A DNA stretch of 64,000 nt from Candidatus Latescibacterota bacterium. Its GTDB lineage: Bacteria; Latescibacterota; UBA2968; GCA-2709665. The position numbers were made by a program, and so were the translations under genes. Of this stretch, positions 29,638 to 40,227 are shown piece after piece. Below the pieces are notes generated by a model, which ran no database searches, was not told the DNA's origin, and was given only the letters and a program-made list of their open reading frames with translations. Position 1 is the stretch's first letter. Each line of letters begins with the position of its first letter. Where the stretch lies: assembly GCA_965219455.1 (NCBI GenBank), contig OZ244744.1, forward strand, positions 2,496,001 to 2,560,000, given 5' to 3'.

Positions 29638-30687
29638 TCACCGTGCTACGACGTTCTGGCGATAATCGCCGTGGGCAATGAGCTCGGGCGAATAGGCGAA
29701 CAGCGCGGGATTCCCGCCTGTATGCACGTACACCACCGTGGATCCTTCCGGAATTTCTCCCGTCCGGATTCTATCGATCACGCCGGACATCGCCTTGCTT
29801 GTATACACCGGGTCCAATAAAATCCCCTCCTTCCGAGCCAGAAGATGCAATGCGTCGAGGCCGGCTTCGGTCACAATTCCGTAGTTTTCGCCCACGTAGG
29901 CATCCGTATTCTCCATTTCCGCGGCCGTCATTCGCACACCCAGTTCCATGAGCGTCGACGCTTCGTTGGCGACTTCCGCAAGTTGCTCCTTCCGTCGCGC
30001 TTCGTCTCCCCTGCTCGGCGAAAACCCCTGGGCGCGCACCGGCAGTCCCAGCGCTTTTACGCCCAATGCCAGCCCCGCGTGCGTTCCATGCCCGGACGCC
30101 GTACAGATGAAATCCGTCCGTGTGTCCATGGCCTCGAGTTGCGCTGCAATCTCCAGCGCGCAGCCGACGTACGCCACCGTACCCAGCACCACTGCCCGCC
30201 GCCCGATGAGATAGGGCTTTTCCCCCTGCGCACGCAATTCTTCCAATACCCTGTTCTTCACCTCTTCCTGGTTTACGCCATCGGCTACCAGCCTGACGTC
30301 CGCGCCGAAGATATTGTCAAGGAGTTGATTTCCCTGGATACCCATCAGGCTTCGCTGATCGTGCCGGTTCACCAGCACGCATTTCATCCCCAGCTTCGCG
30401 GCCGCAGCAGCCGCCTGCCGCGCGTGGTTCGACTGGGAGGCCGCGCCCGTCACCACGGCCGTAGCCCCCTGCGCCAGCGCGTCTCCCAGGGCGAGATCGA
30501 ACTTGCGCGTCTTGTTCCCTCCGAATGCCAGACCTGTCAAATCATCTCGCTTCACCATCACCCGCACCTGACCTCCCAACGCTTCCGAGAAACGCGGGCA
30601 ATCGTGGAGCGGCGTGGGAAGTTCGGCCAGAGACGTCCTCGGAAACCGTTCGATGGCAGCCTGTAAATCCTGAGCAGTAACAGCCAT
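29638..30687 (-). CDS. D-cysteine desulfhydrase / ACC deaminase family PLP enzyme
   Basis: KRDDLTGLAFGGNKTRK, QSNHAR, LDPVYTSK, HTGG. Confidence 0.92.
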   Translation of the reverse strand: MAVTAQDLQAAIERFPRTSLAELPTPLHDCPRFSEALGGQVRVMVKRDDLTGLAFGGNKTRKFDLALGDALAQGATAVVTGAASQSNHARQAAAAAAKLGMKCVLVNRHDQRSLMGIQGNQLLDNIFGADVRLVADGVNQEEVKNRVLEELRAQGEKPYLIGRRAVVLGTVAYVGCALEIAAQLEAMDTRTDFICTASGHGTHAGLALGVKALGLPVRAQGFSPSRGDEARRKEQLAEVANEASTLMELGVRMTAAEMENTDAYVGENYGIVTEAGLDALHLLARKEGILLDPVYTSKAMSGVIDRIRTGEIPEGSTVVYVHTGGNPALFAYSPELIAHGDYRQNVVAR

Positions 30688-30909
30688 GGATTCCTCCATC
30701 TGGAATGTGGACCCGGGTGTCGCGGATCAACGCCGTTTGCCGATCTTTCAGCATTCCGGCCCCGCGACGCGCGGGAACAATGGCATGATGGCACAGTTTC
30801 CCCCGGAAGTCAAAGAAAAATGGCGTTGTGCGCCTCCCTTCAAATCAATTGTCTGCGCACTGGCAGATCCCTATATTTTTCGCCAGACCACACAATTGAG
30901 GAGATCCCG

Positions 30910-31734
30910 ATGCATACCCGAGACAGCAGCGTTATCCTAAAAAACGCGCAGCCCTTCGACGAAGAAACCACACGGAAAATCGTGGAACAGTTCAATCGGG
31001 ACGGCTATTGTTTCCTGGAAAACGCGCTTACCCCCGAGGAAGTGGACGCGCTCAGGGAGGGCATGGAACGCAAGTGGAACGACCCCCGGATTCAGACGGA
31101 CGAGGCGGGCGATCACATCCGGGGAATCAGCATGATGCGCATGTACGAGTATGACCGCAACTACCGGGACCTTATCGAACGCGAACCCATCGCCAGCCTG
31201 GCGGAAGCCATCCTTGGCGAGGATTGCCACATGATGTCTCAGAACGCCCTGCGTTACGAACCCGGGCAGGGCGGCGGCTGGCACCTGGACGACAAGATCC
31301 ACTTCCCGCTTCCCGATGGCGTCCCGCGCCACAATCCGGATATCCCCATCCCCTGTTTCGTGATCAACGTGATGATCCCGCTCAGCAGGGCCGATTCCAT
31401 CGAATACGGCGTTACCCAGGTCATTCCGGGCAGCCACTTCGCCGGCAGAAACCCGAACGACCGCGAAAATCCGACCTTCGAAGGCCGGCAACCGGTGTCC
31501 CTTGTCGCGAAACCGGGCGATGTCTACATGTTCCACAACCAGGTCTGGCACCGCGGGTCCCGAAACAACTCCGACGAGGTCCGGTACGTGGGTTCCGTCG
31601 TCTACAGCCAGCGGATGATCGCCCAGCGCCTTTATCCGTTCATCGACTACCGCATGCCCGACTACGTCTGGGAAGACGCCAGCCCCCGCCTTCAGCGCCT
31701 CATGGGCCGACACGAAAAAGGCGCGTACGGGTAG
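30910..31734 (+). CDS. PhyH-family Fe(II)/2OG dioxygenase
   Basis: FNRDGY, GWHLD, IPGSH, KPGDV..WHRG; GAGGAG RBS. Confidence 0.88.
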   Translation: MHTRDSSVILKNAQPFDEETTRKIVEQFNRDGYCFLENALTPEEVDALREGMERKWNDPRIQTDEAGDHIRGISMMRMYEYDRNYRDLIEREPIASLAEAILGEDCHMMSQNALRYEPGQGGGWHLDDKIHFPLPDGVPRHNPDIPIPCFVINVMIPLSRADSIEYGVTQVIPGSHFAGRNPNDRENPTFEGRQPVSLVAKPGDVYMFHNQVWHRGSRNNSDEVRYVGSVVYSQRMIAQRLYPFIDYRMPDYVWEDASPRLQRLMGRHEKGAYG

Positions 31735-32022
31735 TGATCAGCTAAAAGCCATCAGCCGTCAGCAGTCAGCTTGAACCGGTTAGAGATACGGACTTGCGAT
31801 GTCCCTTCACAATATCCGCGCTATTATGTGGGCGCCTCTTGGCTGCAAATTCAACGGCTGCGCGGAACTCTCCCCCCGGCCCCAAGGCCCTCACCCCCCA
31901 ACCCCCTCTCCCAGCGGGAGAGGGGGAGCAAAAGCAGGAAAAGCGGCCTCGCACGGAGACACGAAGACACAAAGGGCAAGACAGCGATGAGCGATCTGCA
32001 GACAACAGGCCTGAGTAACCCA

Positions 32023-32364
32023 ATGAACACAATGACCCATAGAGGATATGCGGCTCGAATCGACTATAGCCATGAAGACGGCTGCTTCGTTGGTCATATT
32101 GCAGGGATCAATGATGTGGTAGGCTTTCACGGCGAGTCGGTCGAAGAACTGCGTGATGCTTTTGTGGAATCGGTGGACGACTATCTTGAAACCTGTGAAA
32201 AGCTCGACATGTCCCCTCAAAAGCCATATTCCGGCAATCTGATGTTGCGGATTCCACCAGAGGTTCACGCAGCGATTGCCACGGCGGCTGAAGTCAGCGG
32301 AAAGAGTATCAATCAGTGGGCGACTGAAACACTCGCCGATGTCTTGGAGACGGATGCACGATAA
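32023..32364 (+). CDS. hicB: HicB antitoxin, orphan copy with no hicA upstream
   Basis: GFHGESVEELRDAF..SVDDY..C...PQKPYSGNLMLRIPPEVH...GKSINQW; near-identical to 35130-35474. Confidence 0.9.
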   Translation: MNTMTHRGYAARIDYSHEDGCFVGHIAGINDVVGFHGESVEELRDAFVESVDDYLETCEKLDMSPQKPYSGNLMLRIPPEVHAAIATAAEVSGKSINQWATETLADVLETDAR

Positions 32365-32575
32365 TGAGGGAAGCGAAGGCAGCGTATATGGTATGCGCCT
32401 TATGTGGGACCCTTTTATGGCTTCGCTCTGAAACCGGCCGCGTCACAAGCAATCCGGATTCGCAAGCCAGAACGCACGACATGACGTAGCGAAGACTTCC
32501 TTAATCACCAAAGATTCCTATCTCGTTTTTCTTGACACATGTCGCGGCGAATTTGACAAGATATGAGGTATTGAA

Positions 32576-33463
32576 TTGGCTTGCCTATGTATTCTCTGTG
32601 AGAGTTCTCCACCGATAGAGAATTCCCATATAGTCCCGAAATTATTCATTCGAAGGCTTATGAAAGGCACTTCAGTAAAGGCGCTCAGAGATTCCAATAA
32701 CGTGACAAGACCAGTTCAGGATGGATGGAAGGGGCGATACCTTTGCCAGCAGTGTGAGATACGGTTTTCTGCCTGGGAAACAGATTTCGCCAATAGAATT
32801 TACGATCCCTTTCTGAATGCGAGCAAGGATCCCGCAGTGCAAGACATTACGTTGGTGCTCTTTGTCACCTCCCTCCATTTTCGTTACTTGGAATATGCGA
32901 AGGAACGCAATAGTGGTTTTACTGAAAGTGAAGATTTGTCCAATCTCACAAAAAGACTGAAGGATGCACTCTTAGAAAGTCGTTCACCGGTTGATATACA
33001 TCTGTACGCGATGCCATTGTACCCAATAACGGATCCTGGAATTCTTCCGGCAGGTGTAAATACCTATTTCTTTGAAGCCATAGATGGCTGCGCTTTTGAT
33101 TGGTTTCTGTCAAGCGATAGAACGATTTGGATTTCATATGTAAAGGTTCCAGGATTTATGTTCTTTTCAAGCTCCGGACCAATAGAAGATATCTGGAGTG
33201 GACCAGATTCATTGGAGCCATACAAAATCGATGGAAATGGAACATTCGACTTAGACATAAAACATTCCCGTATTCTGTTATCTGTAGTGGATTGTTTCTT
33301 GGAAAAGCGGACTCGGGAAATCCAAGAAGCTTATAGAAGCATGCCAGATTCCCAGATTTTAAAAATCATTGAACAAATCAAAAAAGATCCTGATTATCAG
33401 AATAGCAGAGCTTACCGAACCTACCTTTTTGACTTGCAGCTAATCCGTAATTGCGAGATCTGA
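32576..33463 (+). CDS. Low-GC hypothetical protein with HNH-like Zn-binding N-terminus
   Basis: CILC..NSHIVPK...LCQQCE pattern; visibly AT-richer than flanks. Confidence 0.65.
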   Translation: MACLCILCESSPPIENSHIVPKLFIRRLMKGTSVKALRDSNNVTRPVQDGWKGRYLCQQCEIRFSAWETDFANRIYDPFLNASKDPAVQDITLVLFVTSLHFRYLEYAKERNSGFTESEDLSNLTKRLKDALLESRSPVDIHLYAMPLYPITDPGILPAGVNTYFFEAIDGCAFDWFLSSDRTIWISYVKVPGFMFFSSSGPIEDIWSGPDSLEPYKIDGNGTFDLDIKHSRILLSVVDCFLEKRTREIQEAYRSMPDSQILKIIEQIKKDPDYQNSRAYRTYLFDLQLIRNCEI

Positions 33464-33751
33464 GTGCATATGTTTAAACGGGATGTCAACGACTACAATT
33501 CAGATTAAGAGAGTATGTACTAACACCTTGGAATGCCCTTCTTCTAACATTCTAGCCCTGGCAGCGGACCCTTCGCCCTTGTGGCCAACCTCTGCTCAGT
33601 TCGTAGGCGAAAAACGAACTCTAGTGAAACAGGAATCACTATCCTTAGATTCAAATACATTTCTACTGTTTTCTAATATTCACGACCCAATTGATCCACC
33701 CTGCGTATTCCCTTTCATCCCACATCTAAACCACACCAACGAAAGGAACCA

Positions 33752-34111
33752 CATGACGAAATCCGATCCATTTGAACAAGGCCTCGCGGCCGGTGAGGCA
33801 GCGGCTTCCGTCACCGGAGGCGCGTCACAGTCATCGTCGAACGGCGGGCGTATGTAAGTGCGCACACAGAGTTTCGGGTCAACCGATGCGGAGTTGCGTT
33901 TTCTGCAGCGCTGCGGCGTGCGCCACAAGGCCGTTATCTTTCCGTTCCACCCCGGCAGGGGCTGGGACCTCGAGGAACTGGTCCAGGTACGAGAGCGCCA
34001 CGAGGCCTTCGGGATAACACTGGATATGAGCTCGCTGCCCATATACGAGAGATTTCCCAACATTATCTATTTTGGCAAAAGCCCGGAGCGTGACCGGGAA
34101 ATCGACCTCGT
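33752..34111 (+). pseudogene. uxuA: Truncated duplicate of the uxuA 5' end with a nonsense codon
   Basis: About 360 bp nearly identical to 36227-36585; TAC changed to TAA at 33855-33857; homology ends after gaaatcgacctcgt. Confidence 0.88.
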
Positions 34112-34258
34112 GGGTATTGACGTAACTGATCGGTAATACCTTAGTTATGCAAAACTGACGCAGGGAGCCCTAAACCCCACACCGAAAATCGCGCACAAAA
34201 CCAAACACCTCGAATATCTACCGAACCTCTTGGTGAGAGCTAATATACCGAGCATCTC

Positions 34259-34903
34259 ATGACCATTTCAATTGACTTCAACAATCTCACCGCAATTGAC
34301 CGAGGTCATGTCTTCCTTAGTCTTGAAGATAGTATCAAGGAGTCGTTAGGAGTATGGCCGGAGTTCCTTGATCGGATTGAGAATTCTCTTGAGTTCATAC
34401 ATAGAATCGGAGGAGAATATAAAGACCGATTTCGATGTGGCCTCATTCGTGCAGCCCTAACCGAACTCGTTTCGATTGAGGATATCCAAAAAAAACTAAT
34501 TCATAATCGTATTGTTGGCCATAAACATAGACTGAATACTTCACGCCAGCCGCTGCTATGTGTCGTACGTGAACTCAGAAATATTGAAATTCACATTTCA
34601 TCAGCCACACTTGCCGACGAAAAACGACAGTTATTGTGGGGAAATATTGATAATCCTAGAGAGGCTACTCCAGTCAAATGGACGATTCGTTGGATCGATA
34701 ATCTTTCTATCAGGGATTTCGAGCAGCTTCGGTACTTCGAAAATTATAACCGCGATGAATTTGACCGGGCATTGAGATGGTTTGACGACAACCAACGCAA
34801 ATGGGGTATCGAGGAGGTTATGTTTCGGGCGATCTCACTGTATGCCCATGAGATCGCCCATCACTTGGCGACAATCCGAAAATCGACTTTGATGTGTAGA
34901 TAA
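34259..34903 (+). CDS. Low-GC hypothetical protein with a HEPN-like RxxxxH motif
   Basis: Helical protein containing RELRNIEIH. Confidence 0.6.
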   Translation: MTISIDFNNLTAIDRGHVFLSLEDSIKESLGVWPEFLDRIENSLEFIHRIGGEYKDRFRCGLIRAALTELVSIEDIQKKLIHNRIVGHKHRLNTSRQPLLCVVRELRNIEIHISSATLADEKRQLLWGNIDNPREATPVKWTIRWIDNLSIRDFEQLRYFENYNRDEFDRALRWFDDNQRKWGIEEVMFRAISLYAHEIAHHLATIRKSTLMCR

Positions 34904-34938
34904 AGATTCCCAAGTCGGTATGGTGCAATCATTCCGGA

Positions 34939-35133
34939 CTGGAATGGAGACGGATTGAAGCCCTTTTCAACGCAATCGGAGCTAAACCAATTGAAGGCAG
35001 AGGTTCACGGGTGCGGTTTGAGCTGAATGATGTTGTCGCCACCTTTCACCGTCCCCACCCTCAGAAAGACGCAAAGCCCTATCAAGTGCGTGATGCGAGA
35101 CATTTTCTACAACAGGCAGGAGTAACCCCATGA
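34939..35133 (+). pseudogene. hicA: HicA toxin, 5'-truncated
   Basis: LEWRRIEALFNAIGAKPIEGRGSRVRFELNDVVATFHRPHPQKDAKPYQVRDARHFLQQAGVTP*; no canonical start after in-frame TAG 34897; stop overlaps the hicB ATG. Confidence 0.82.
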
Positions 35134-35474
35134 ACACAATGACCCATAGAGGATATGCGGCTCGAATCGACTACAGTGATGAAGATGGCTGCTTCATTGG
35201 TCATATTGCGGGAATCAATGACGTGGTAGGCTTTCACGGCGAATCAGTCGAACAACTGCGTGATGCCTTTGAAGAATCGGTTGACGACTATCTTGAAACC
35301 TGTGAAAAGCTCAACAGGTCCCCTCAAAAGCCATATTCCGGTAATCTGATGTTGCGGATTCCACCAGAGGTTCACGCAGCGATTGCCACGGCGGCTGAAG
35401 TCAGCGGAAAGAGTATCAATCAGTGGGCGACTCAAACACTCGCCGATGTTTTGGAGACGGATGCACTGAAATGA
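35130..35474 (+). CDS. hicB: HicB antitoxin
   Basis: Canonical HicB motifs; coupled to hicA. Confidence 0.92.
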   Translation: MNTMTHRGYAARIDYSDEDGCFIGHIAGINDVVGFHGESVEQLRDAFEESVDDYLETCEKLNRSPQKPYSGNLMLRIPPEVHAAIATAAEVSGKSINQWATQTLADVLETDALK

Positions 35475-35532
35475 GGGAAGCGAAAGCACCTTAAGTAGTG
35501 TGCATTTTATATTTGACTCTGAGGCAGTTCGC

Positions 35533-35675
35533 GGAAAAACCGGCCCCGCGCCTAGGGGCGCGTTAAGGAATCAAAAGTCTAAACCAAATTCAACATCACC
35601 CCAAATTCCCTGCCTTCGGCGAGTTCCTTTTGAAGCGACCAAAAGGAACCAAAAGTCGCCGCTAGGCGCGGGGCC
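35533..35675. repeat. MITE/REP-like element with 14-bp inverted repeats
   Basis: ggccccgcgcctag (35542-35555) and ctaggcgcggggcc (35662-35675); related element at 59170-59283. Confidence 0.6.
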
Positions 35676-35933
35676 TGCTATATGCATGGCACGAATCTCG
35701 ACTGTGGACGCCCCAGAGCTTCTGCCCTGCCAGCCCAGGAGGATACCGTAATTGGCAGTGGGACGGAACCGCGCGCGCTGCTCTGGTAGTCCTCTTGAAC
35801 GGCATCGCGTTAGAAATCAGCCTGGCTTCCTGTGAGCGAGGAGCTGTTAGCGATCAGCCAACAGCCGTCAGCTAAAACCCGATTTCGATATGGCGAGGCG
35901 ATGTCAATTCACGGATATTCGCGCCAAAAACGA

Positions 35934-36032
35934 GGGCAACCACGAGGGTTGCCCCTACAAATGCAACGCTGGCACGTACAACAGCGATATCACGGATGTC
36001 GGGTTTTTGTAGGGGCGGTTCGCGAACCGCCC
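35934..36032. repeat. Pair of GTAG-type REP palindromes
   Basis: gggcaaccacgagggttgcccctac and gtaggggcggttcgcgaaccgccc; the first matches the reverse complement of 54131-54155 at 24 of 25 bases. Confidence 0.78.
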
Positions 36033-36226
36033 GTCTTTCGCGCAATAACACGCCAATCCACTCAGCAGTCCTTCCAAATCAATTTCTCGCGCGAACGGTC
36101 TTCCGGACAAGAATCTCCGGGTAATTCGAAATGGATGACGCCACCAAGCTTTCTTCCACCACAGATCGCGACAGTGTACGTCGTCTGTTTCCCCTCATCA
36201 ATGCCATAACAACGAAAGGAACCAGC

Positions 36227-37297
36227 ATGAAGAAATCCGATCCGTTTGAACAAGGCCTCGCAGCCGGTGAGGCGGCCGCTTCCGCCACCGGAGGCGCGTC
36301 ACAGTCATCGTCGAACGGCGGGCGTATGTACGTGCGCACACAGAGTTTCGGGTCCACCGATGCGGAGTTGCGTTTTCTGCAGCGCTGCGGCGTGCGTCAC
36401 AAGGCCGTTGTCTTTCCGTTCCACCCCGGCAGGGGCTGGGACCTCGAGGAACTGGTACAGGTACGAGAGCGCCACGAGGCCTTCGGGATCACACTGGATA
36501 TGAGCTCGCTGCCCATATACGAGCGTTTTCCCAACATCATCTATTACGGCAAAAGCCCGGAGCGCGACCGGGAAATCGACCTCGTATGCGAGATGATCCG
36601 GACCGCTGCGCGCGCCGGCATCGATTCTCTGCGTTATAACACTTGCGTCCTTCCCATCGACCGTACGGAACCGGAGGAAGGTCGCGGCGGCTTCTACCAC
36701 ACCGCGTTCCGCGTGGAAAAGATCCCGGCGGAAGAACAGGCCAGGCTGACTGACGCCGGACGCGTCACGGCGGACATGTACTGGGAGCGAATTGACTATC
36801 TGCTCGAACGCATGATCCCCGTGGCGGAAGAATTCAAGGTTCGAATGGGCAATTCCCAGGAAGACCCTGCCACACCCCCCGGTTATATGGGCGTTGACAA
36901 AGTCCTCAATGACTTTGAGGGCATGAAGCGTTTCATCGAGATTCAGCGGGGTCCGTATCACGGTTGGAACTTCTGCGTCGGCTCCGTCGCTGAAGGGCTG
37001 GAAGATCCGGCCACTGAAATCTACCCCATCATCGAATACTTCGGCAGCCGTAACACGATCTTCCTGGTTCACTATCGAAACATCCTCGGCGGGCGTTACA
37101 GCTTCCGCGAGTCTCTGCCCGATGAAGGAGATATGGACTTTCACCGCGTGTTGAAGGCCCTCAAGGACACCGGCTACCGTTACGGCATCGATCCGGACCA
37201 CGTTCCGTGGACTGACGACGATCCGATGCGCTCCTATCAGTCCTACGCGTACTGCTTCGGCTACATCAATGCCATGATTCAGGCGGTCTACGGTTAA
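36227..37297 (+). CDS. uxuA: Mannonate dehydratase (UxuA) family protein
   Basis: RDREID..CEMIRTAARAGI..LRYN, YWERIDYLLERMIPVAEE, NFCVG, VHYRN, DEGDMD, PDHVP. Confidence 0.85.
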   Translation: MKKSDPFEQGLAAGEAAASATGGASQSSSNGGRMYVRTQSFGSTDAELRFLQRCGVRHKAVVFPFHPGRGWDLEELVQVRERHEAFGITLDMSSLPIYERFPNIIYYGKSPERDREIDLVCEMIRTAARAGIDSLRYNTCVLPIDRTEPEEGRGGFYHTAFRVEKIPAEEQARLTDAGRVTADMYWERIDYLLERMIPVAEEFKVRMGNSQEDPATPPGYMGVDKVLNDFEGMKRFIEIQRGPYHGWNFCVGSVAEGLEDPATEIYPIIEYFGSRNTIFLVHYRNILGGRYSFRESLPDEGDMDFHRVLKALKDTGYRYGIDPDHVPWTDDDPMRSYQSYAYCFGYINAMIQAVYG

Positions 37298-37436
37298 GCC
37301 ATATTTAGGTGGTTTAAGGCGATCCGGGAAGTACCGATGACGGTCACCCTGGACCATCCACCATGCCAGGGAGTTGCTCCCTGCCATTCCTTCCGGTCCG
37401 GACAACCGAACCGGCACCCGGGCAAAGGACAACGAC

Positions 37437-38282
37437 ATGGAACCAGCTGAAATAGCGCACCATATCAGGGAAAACGGCTACTGCATCGTCGAGGACGTCA
37501 TCCCCTCAGGGGAAGTGGGCAGGATCCGCGAGCGCGTCGTGCGGGCGCAGGCCGCCACCGACGCCGCCCACCAGGCCAGGGAAAGGGTGACTCGAGCCAG
37601 GGGCCACCGCGTCGGAGCCCGCGGCGTCGGCGTGCTCAAGCAGGCGATCAACCACGACCAGTCGTTCGCGCCGTACCTGGCCGACCGGCGGATCGTCGGG
37701 GCCCTCGAGATCTTCTTCGGTCCCTGGCTGCGGATCTCCTGCACCGACGTCGTGGTGAACCACCCGGGGAACGAGCGCGGCTACTGGCACGCGGACTGGC
37801 CGTTCAACCAGACGAACGCCTCCAATGTCGCCGCCCCCTACCCGAACGCGATGATGCACGCGTCGTCGCTGTGGATGCTGACCGATTTCTCCGCCGCCAA
37901 CGGAGGGACGCTGCTGTTGCCGGGCACGCACCGGAAGGACCACAATCCGGCGACGGGAGACCTCCCCGGCTTCGACAACGAGGCACCCCAGCCGGCCGAG
38001 ATCAACACCGAGGGCAGGGCGGGATCGGTGCTGCTCTACGACAGCCGGCAGTGGCACGCGGTTGCCCCCAACCGGAGCGGCAGCCCCCGGGTGGCCCTGA
38101 TCGTGCGCTACGCTCCCTGGTGGCTGAACCTGAATCCGACGCACGTAGGCACGCCGGAGCACGACATGATGGTGGTGGAGACCGGCGGGAAGAACTACGA
38201 GATGGAGCCCCTGCGCCGCGACGTGTACGAGGGGCTTCCGGAGGAAGTGAAGCCGCTCTACCGGCACTTCGTGGCCAACTAG
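37437..38282 (+). CDS. PhyH-family Fe(II)/2OG dioxygenase
   Basis: ENGY, YWHADW, LTDFSAANGGTLLLPGTH, AGSV..WHAVAPN. Confidence 0.88.
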   Translation: MEPAEIAHHIRENGYCIVEDVIPSGEVGRIRERVVRAQAATDAAHQARERVTRARGHRVGARGVGVLKQAINHDQSFAPYLADRRIVGALEIFFGPWLRISCTDVVVNHPGNERGYWHADWPFNQTNASNVAAPYPNAMMHASSLWMLTDFSAANGGTLLLPGTHRKDHNPATGDLPGFDNEAPQPAEINTEGRAGSVLLYDSRQWHAVAPNRSGSPRVALIVRYAPWWLNLNPTHVGTPEHDMMVVETGGKNYEMEPLRRDVYEGLPEEVKPLYRHFVAN

Positions 38283-38347
38283 ACGAGGTGTCCGTAAACA
38301 AGCGACGGCGTTCAGCGCACCAAATTTTGTAGAAAAGGTTTCCAGAA

Positions 38348-40066
38348 ATGGCAAAGAAGACGTTTCGAAATGAAGCCCCTTCAAGAGACGATGTGTCTGC
38401 AGATGCTATCAGCATGTGCAACGCTGCGCAAGCTGGAGACGTGGCAAGGGTAAAGATGCTGTTGAAGACAAATCCGGATTTGGCAACTGCCAAAAACCAT
38501 CCGCAACACGGACGGCGCCCCATTCACTATGCCGCGCGGGAAGGTCATGCCGAGGTAGTGAAGATACTGCTCGAAGCGGGAGCCGGTCCGGCCGTTGGGA
38601 TCTGGCCTAACCGGGAGGCGTCGCAGCCGTTGACATTGGCACGGGACCGAGGGCATACCGAGGTCGTCGCTTTAATTGACGCGTGGTTGAACACACAACA
38701 TGGGACAACGTCTCGCGGGGTGGAGATCTGTGATGCAGCCCGGATGCAGGAGCTTGAGAACGTGCGCTTCATGTTGGACAAGGAACCGGCAATAATAAAC
38801 GAAAGCGATACAGCCGGCAATACAGCGCTTCATTATGCGGTGGGGCATATGCAGTTTGAACTTGTGACCGACTTGCTCACCGCTGGCGCTGATGTGAATA
38901 TCAGGAACGCCGAAAATGAATTGCCCATCCACCGCGCTCTATTTAAAGGTAGTGACCCCAACCGTGATAAGCCAGCGTATCGAAAGATGGCTGAATTGTT
39001 GCTTGCACATGGGGCAAATTACGACATCTGGGTAGCCAGTGCTCTTGGTGATCCGGAAGGTGTCAGGAAGATGCTGGTAGCGGACCCCGGCCTGGCGAAT
39101 TATCAGTGCGGGCGTGTGAATAACAAGAATGCATCGACCTATCCCCTGGCGATGGCTGCGCGCGAGGGGCACCTGGAGGTCGTGGACCTGCTCCTGGATT
39201 TTGGCGCCGACGTGGATACAAAATGTGAACGCAATGGTAAGGTGGTACATATTTCCGGCGCATTGATTTATGCACTGGAACGCAAACACTTTGACGTGGC
39301 CGAACGGTTAATGGATCGCGGCGCCCGCACGGATGCACCCTCAAATGATTCGGAATTGGGCGTCGCTGACGAGGCGTTGCTGTCGGGCAACCAGGAAATG
39401 GCGGACCGCATCTATGTAAATGGTGGGCGCCCGATGATGTGGACATACGTGAAGGCAAGACAATATTGCGTGATTGGCGAGTTACTGGATCGTGCCACGG
39501 TTGTTCGAGAAGCAGGCTATTTGCCTCAAGATCGTAGTGAAGGCGTGGTTCGACAAACCATGCGTTGGGGATTGAGCTTTTGAGACGTCAACGTAGCGAA
39601 AATGTGCTTGCGTTGCGAACCCGATTTTGATGCGGACTATTGGTTTGAGTGTTTGCGCTGGGGGCTGCAAAGCGGCGCCGGAGAAACCGTGCGGATGATT
39701 TTGGATTATGGTGTTGATGTTAACGTCCGGGGGCCGGAAAACTCGTCCTTATTGCATTGGATCGGGGGAAGCTATCTTGAACGTGAGGACGTATGGAACA
39801 ATAGTGAAGCCGTGATGATTGAGATGGCAGAAGTGTTGCTCGATTATAAGGCTGATTTGAATGTTCAGGATGACGAACTGTGTTCGACGCCACTGGGCTG
39901 GCATGTCCGCGCGGGCCACAAAGACGTGGTTGCTTTTTTACTTGAACATGGGGCATCCGCGAATATTCCCGACACACCGAAATGGGCAACGCCTGTGAGT
40001 TGGGCTGAAAAACGTGGGCATATGGAAATCGCGGAGATGCTTCGGCAAGCAGGTGCCAGGTCGTAA
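38348..40066 (+). pseudogene. Ankyrin-repeat protein interrupted by one in-frame TGA (39581-39583)
   Basis: Multiple ankyrin repeats (GRRPIHYAAREGHAEVVKILL, GNTALHYAV, TPLGW..GHKDVVAFLLEHGA); both ORFs are in the same frame. Confidence 0.8.
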
Positions 40067-40227
40067 GAAAGGGAACGGCTCAGCGCGTAGGCTCCGCGGC
40101 CGAGTTCCGGGTTCCGGGTTCGCAAACCGGAGGAAGGCTATAGTGTCTCGGTGGCCGGAGGACGGCCGATTGCAGGCAGCCAAAGCAAGACAATCCCCAC
40201 CTTCATCAAAGAGGAGTCAGCCACGAG

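Noticed and set aside
31771-32022. N-terminal extension of HicB in the ORF track
   Set aside because: It is translated repeat DNA; the paralog at 35130 shows the true start is MNTMTH
33537-33600. ctaac-containing half attC after the HNH-like gene
   Set aside because: No matching right arm or GTT could be identified
32023-36600. Diversity-generating retroelement TR/VR pair from the duplicated segments
   Set aside because: Differences are not confined to adenines and no reverse transcriptase is in the window
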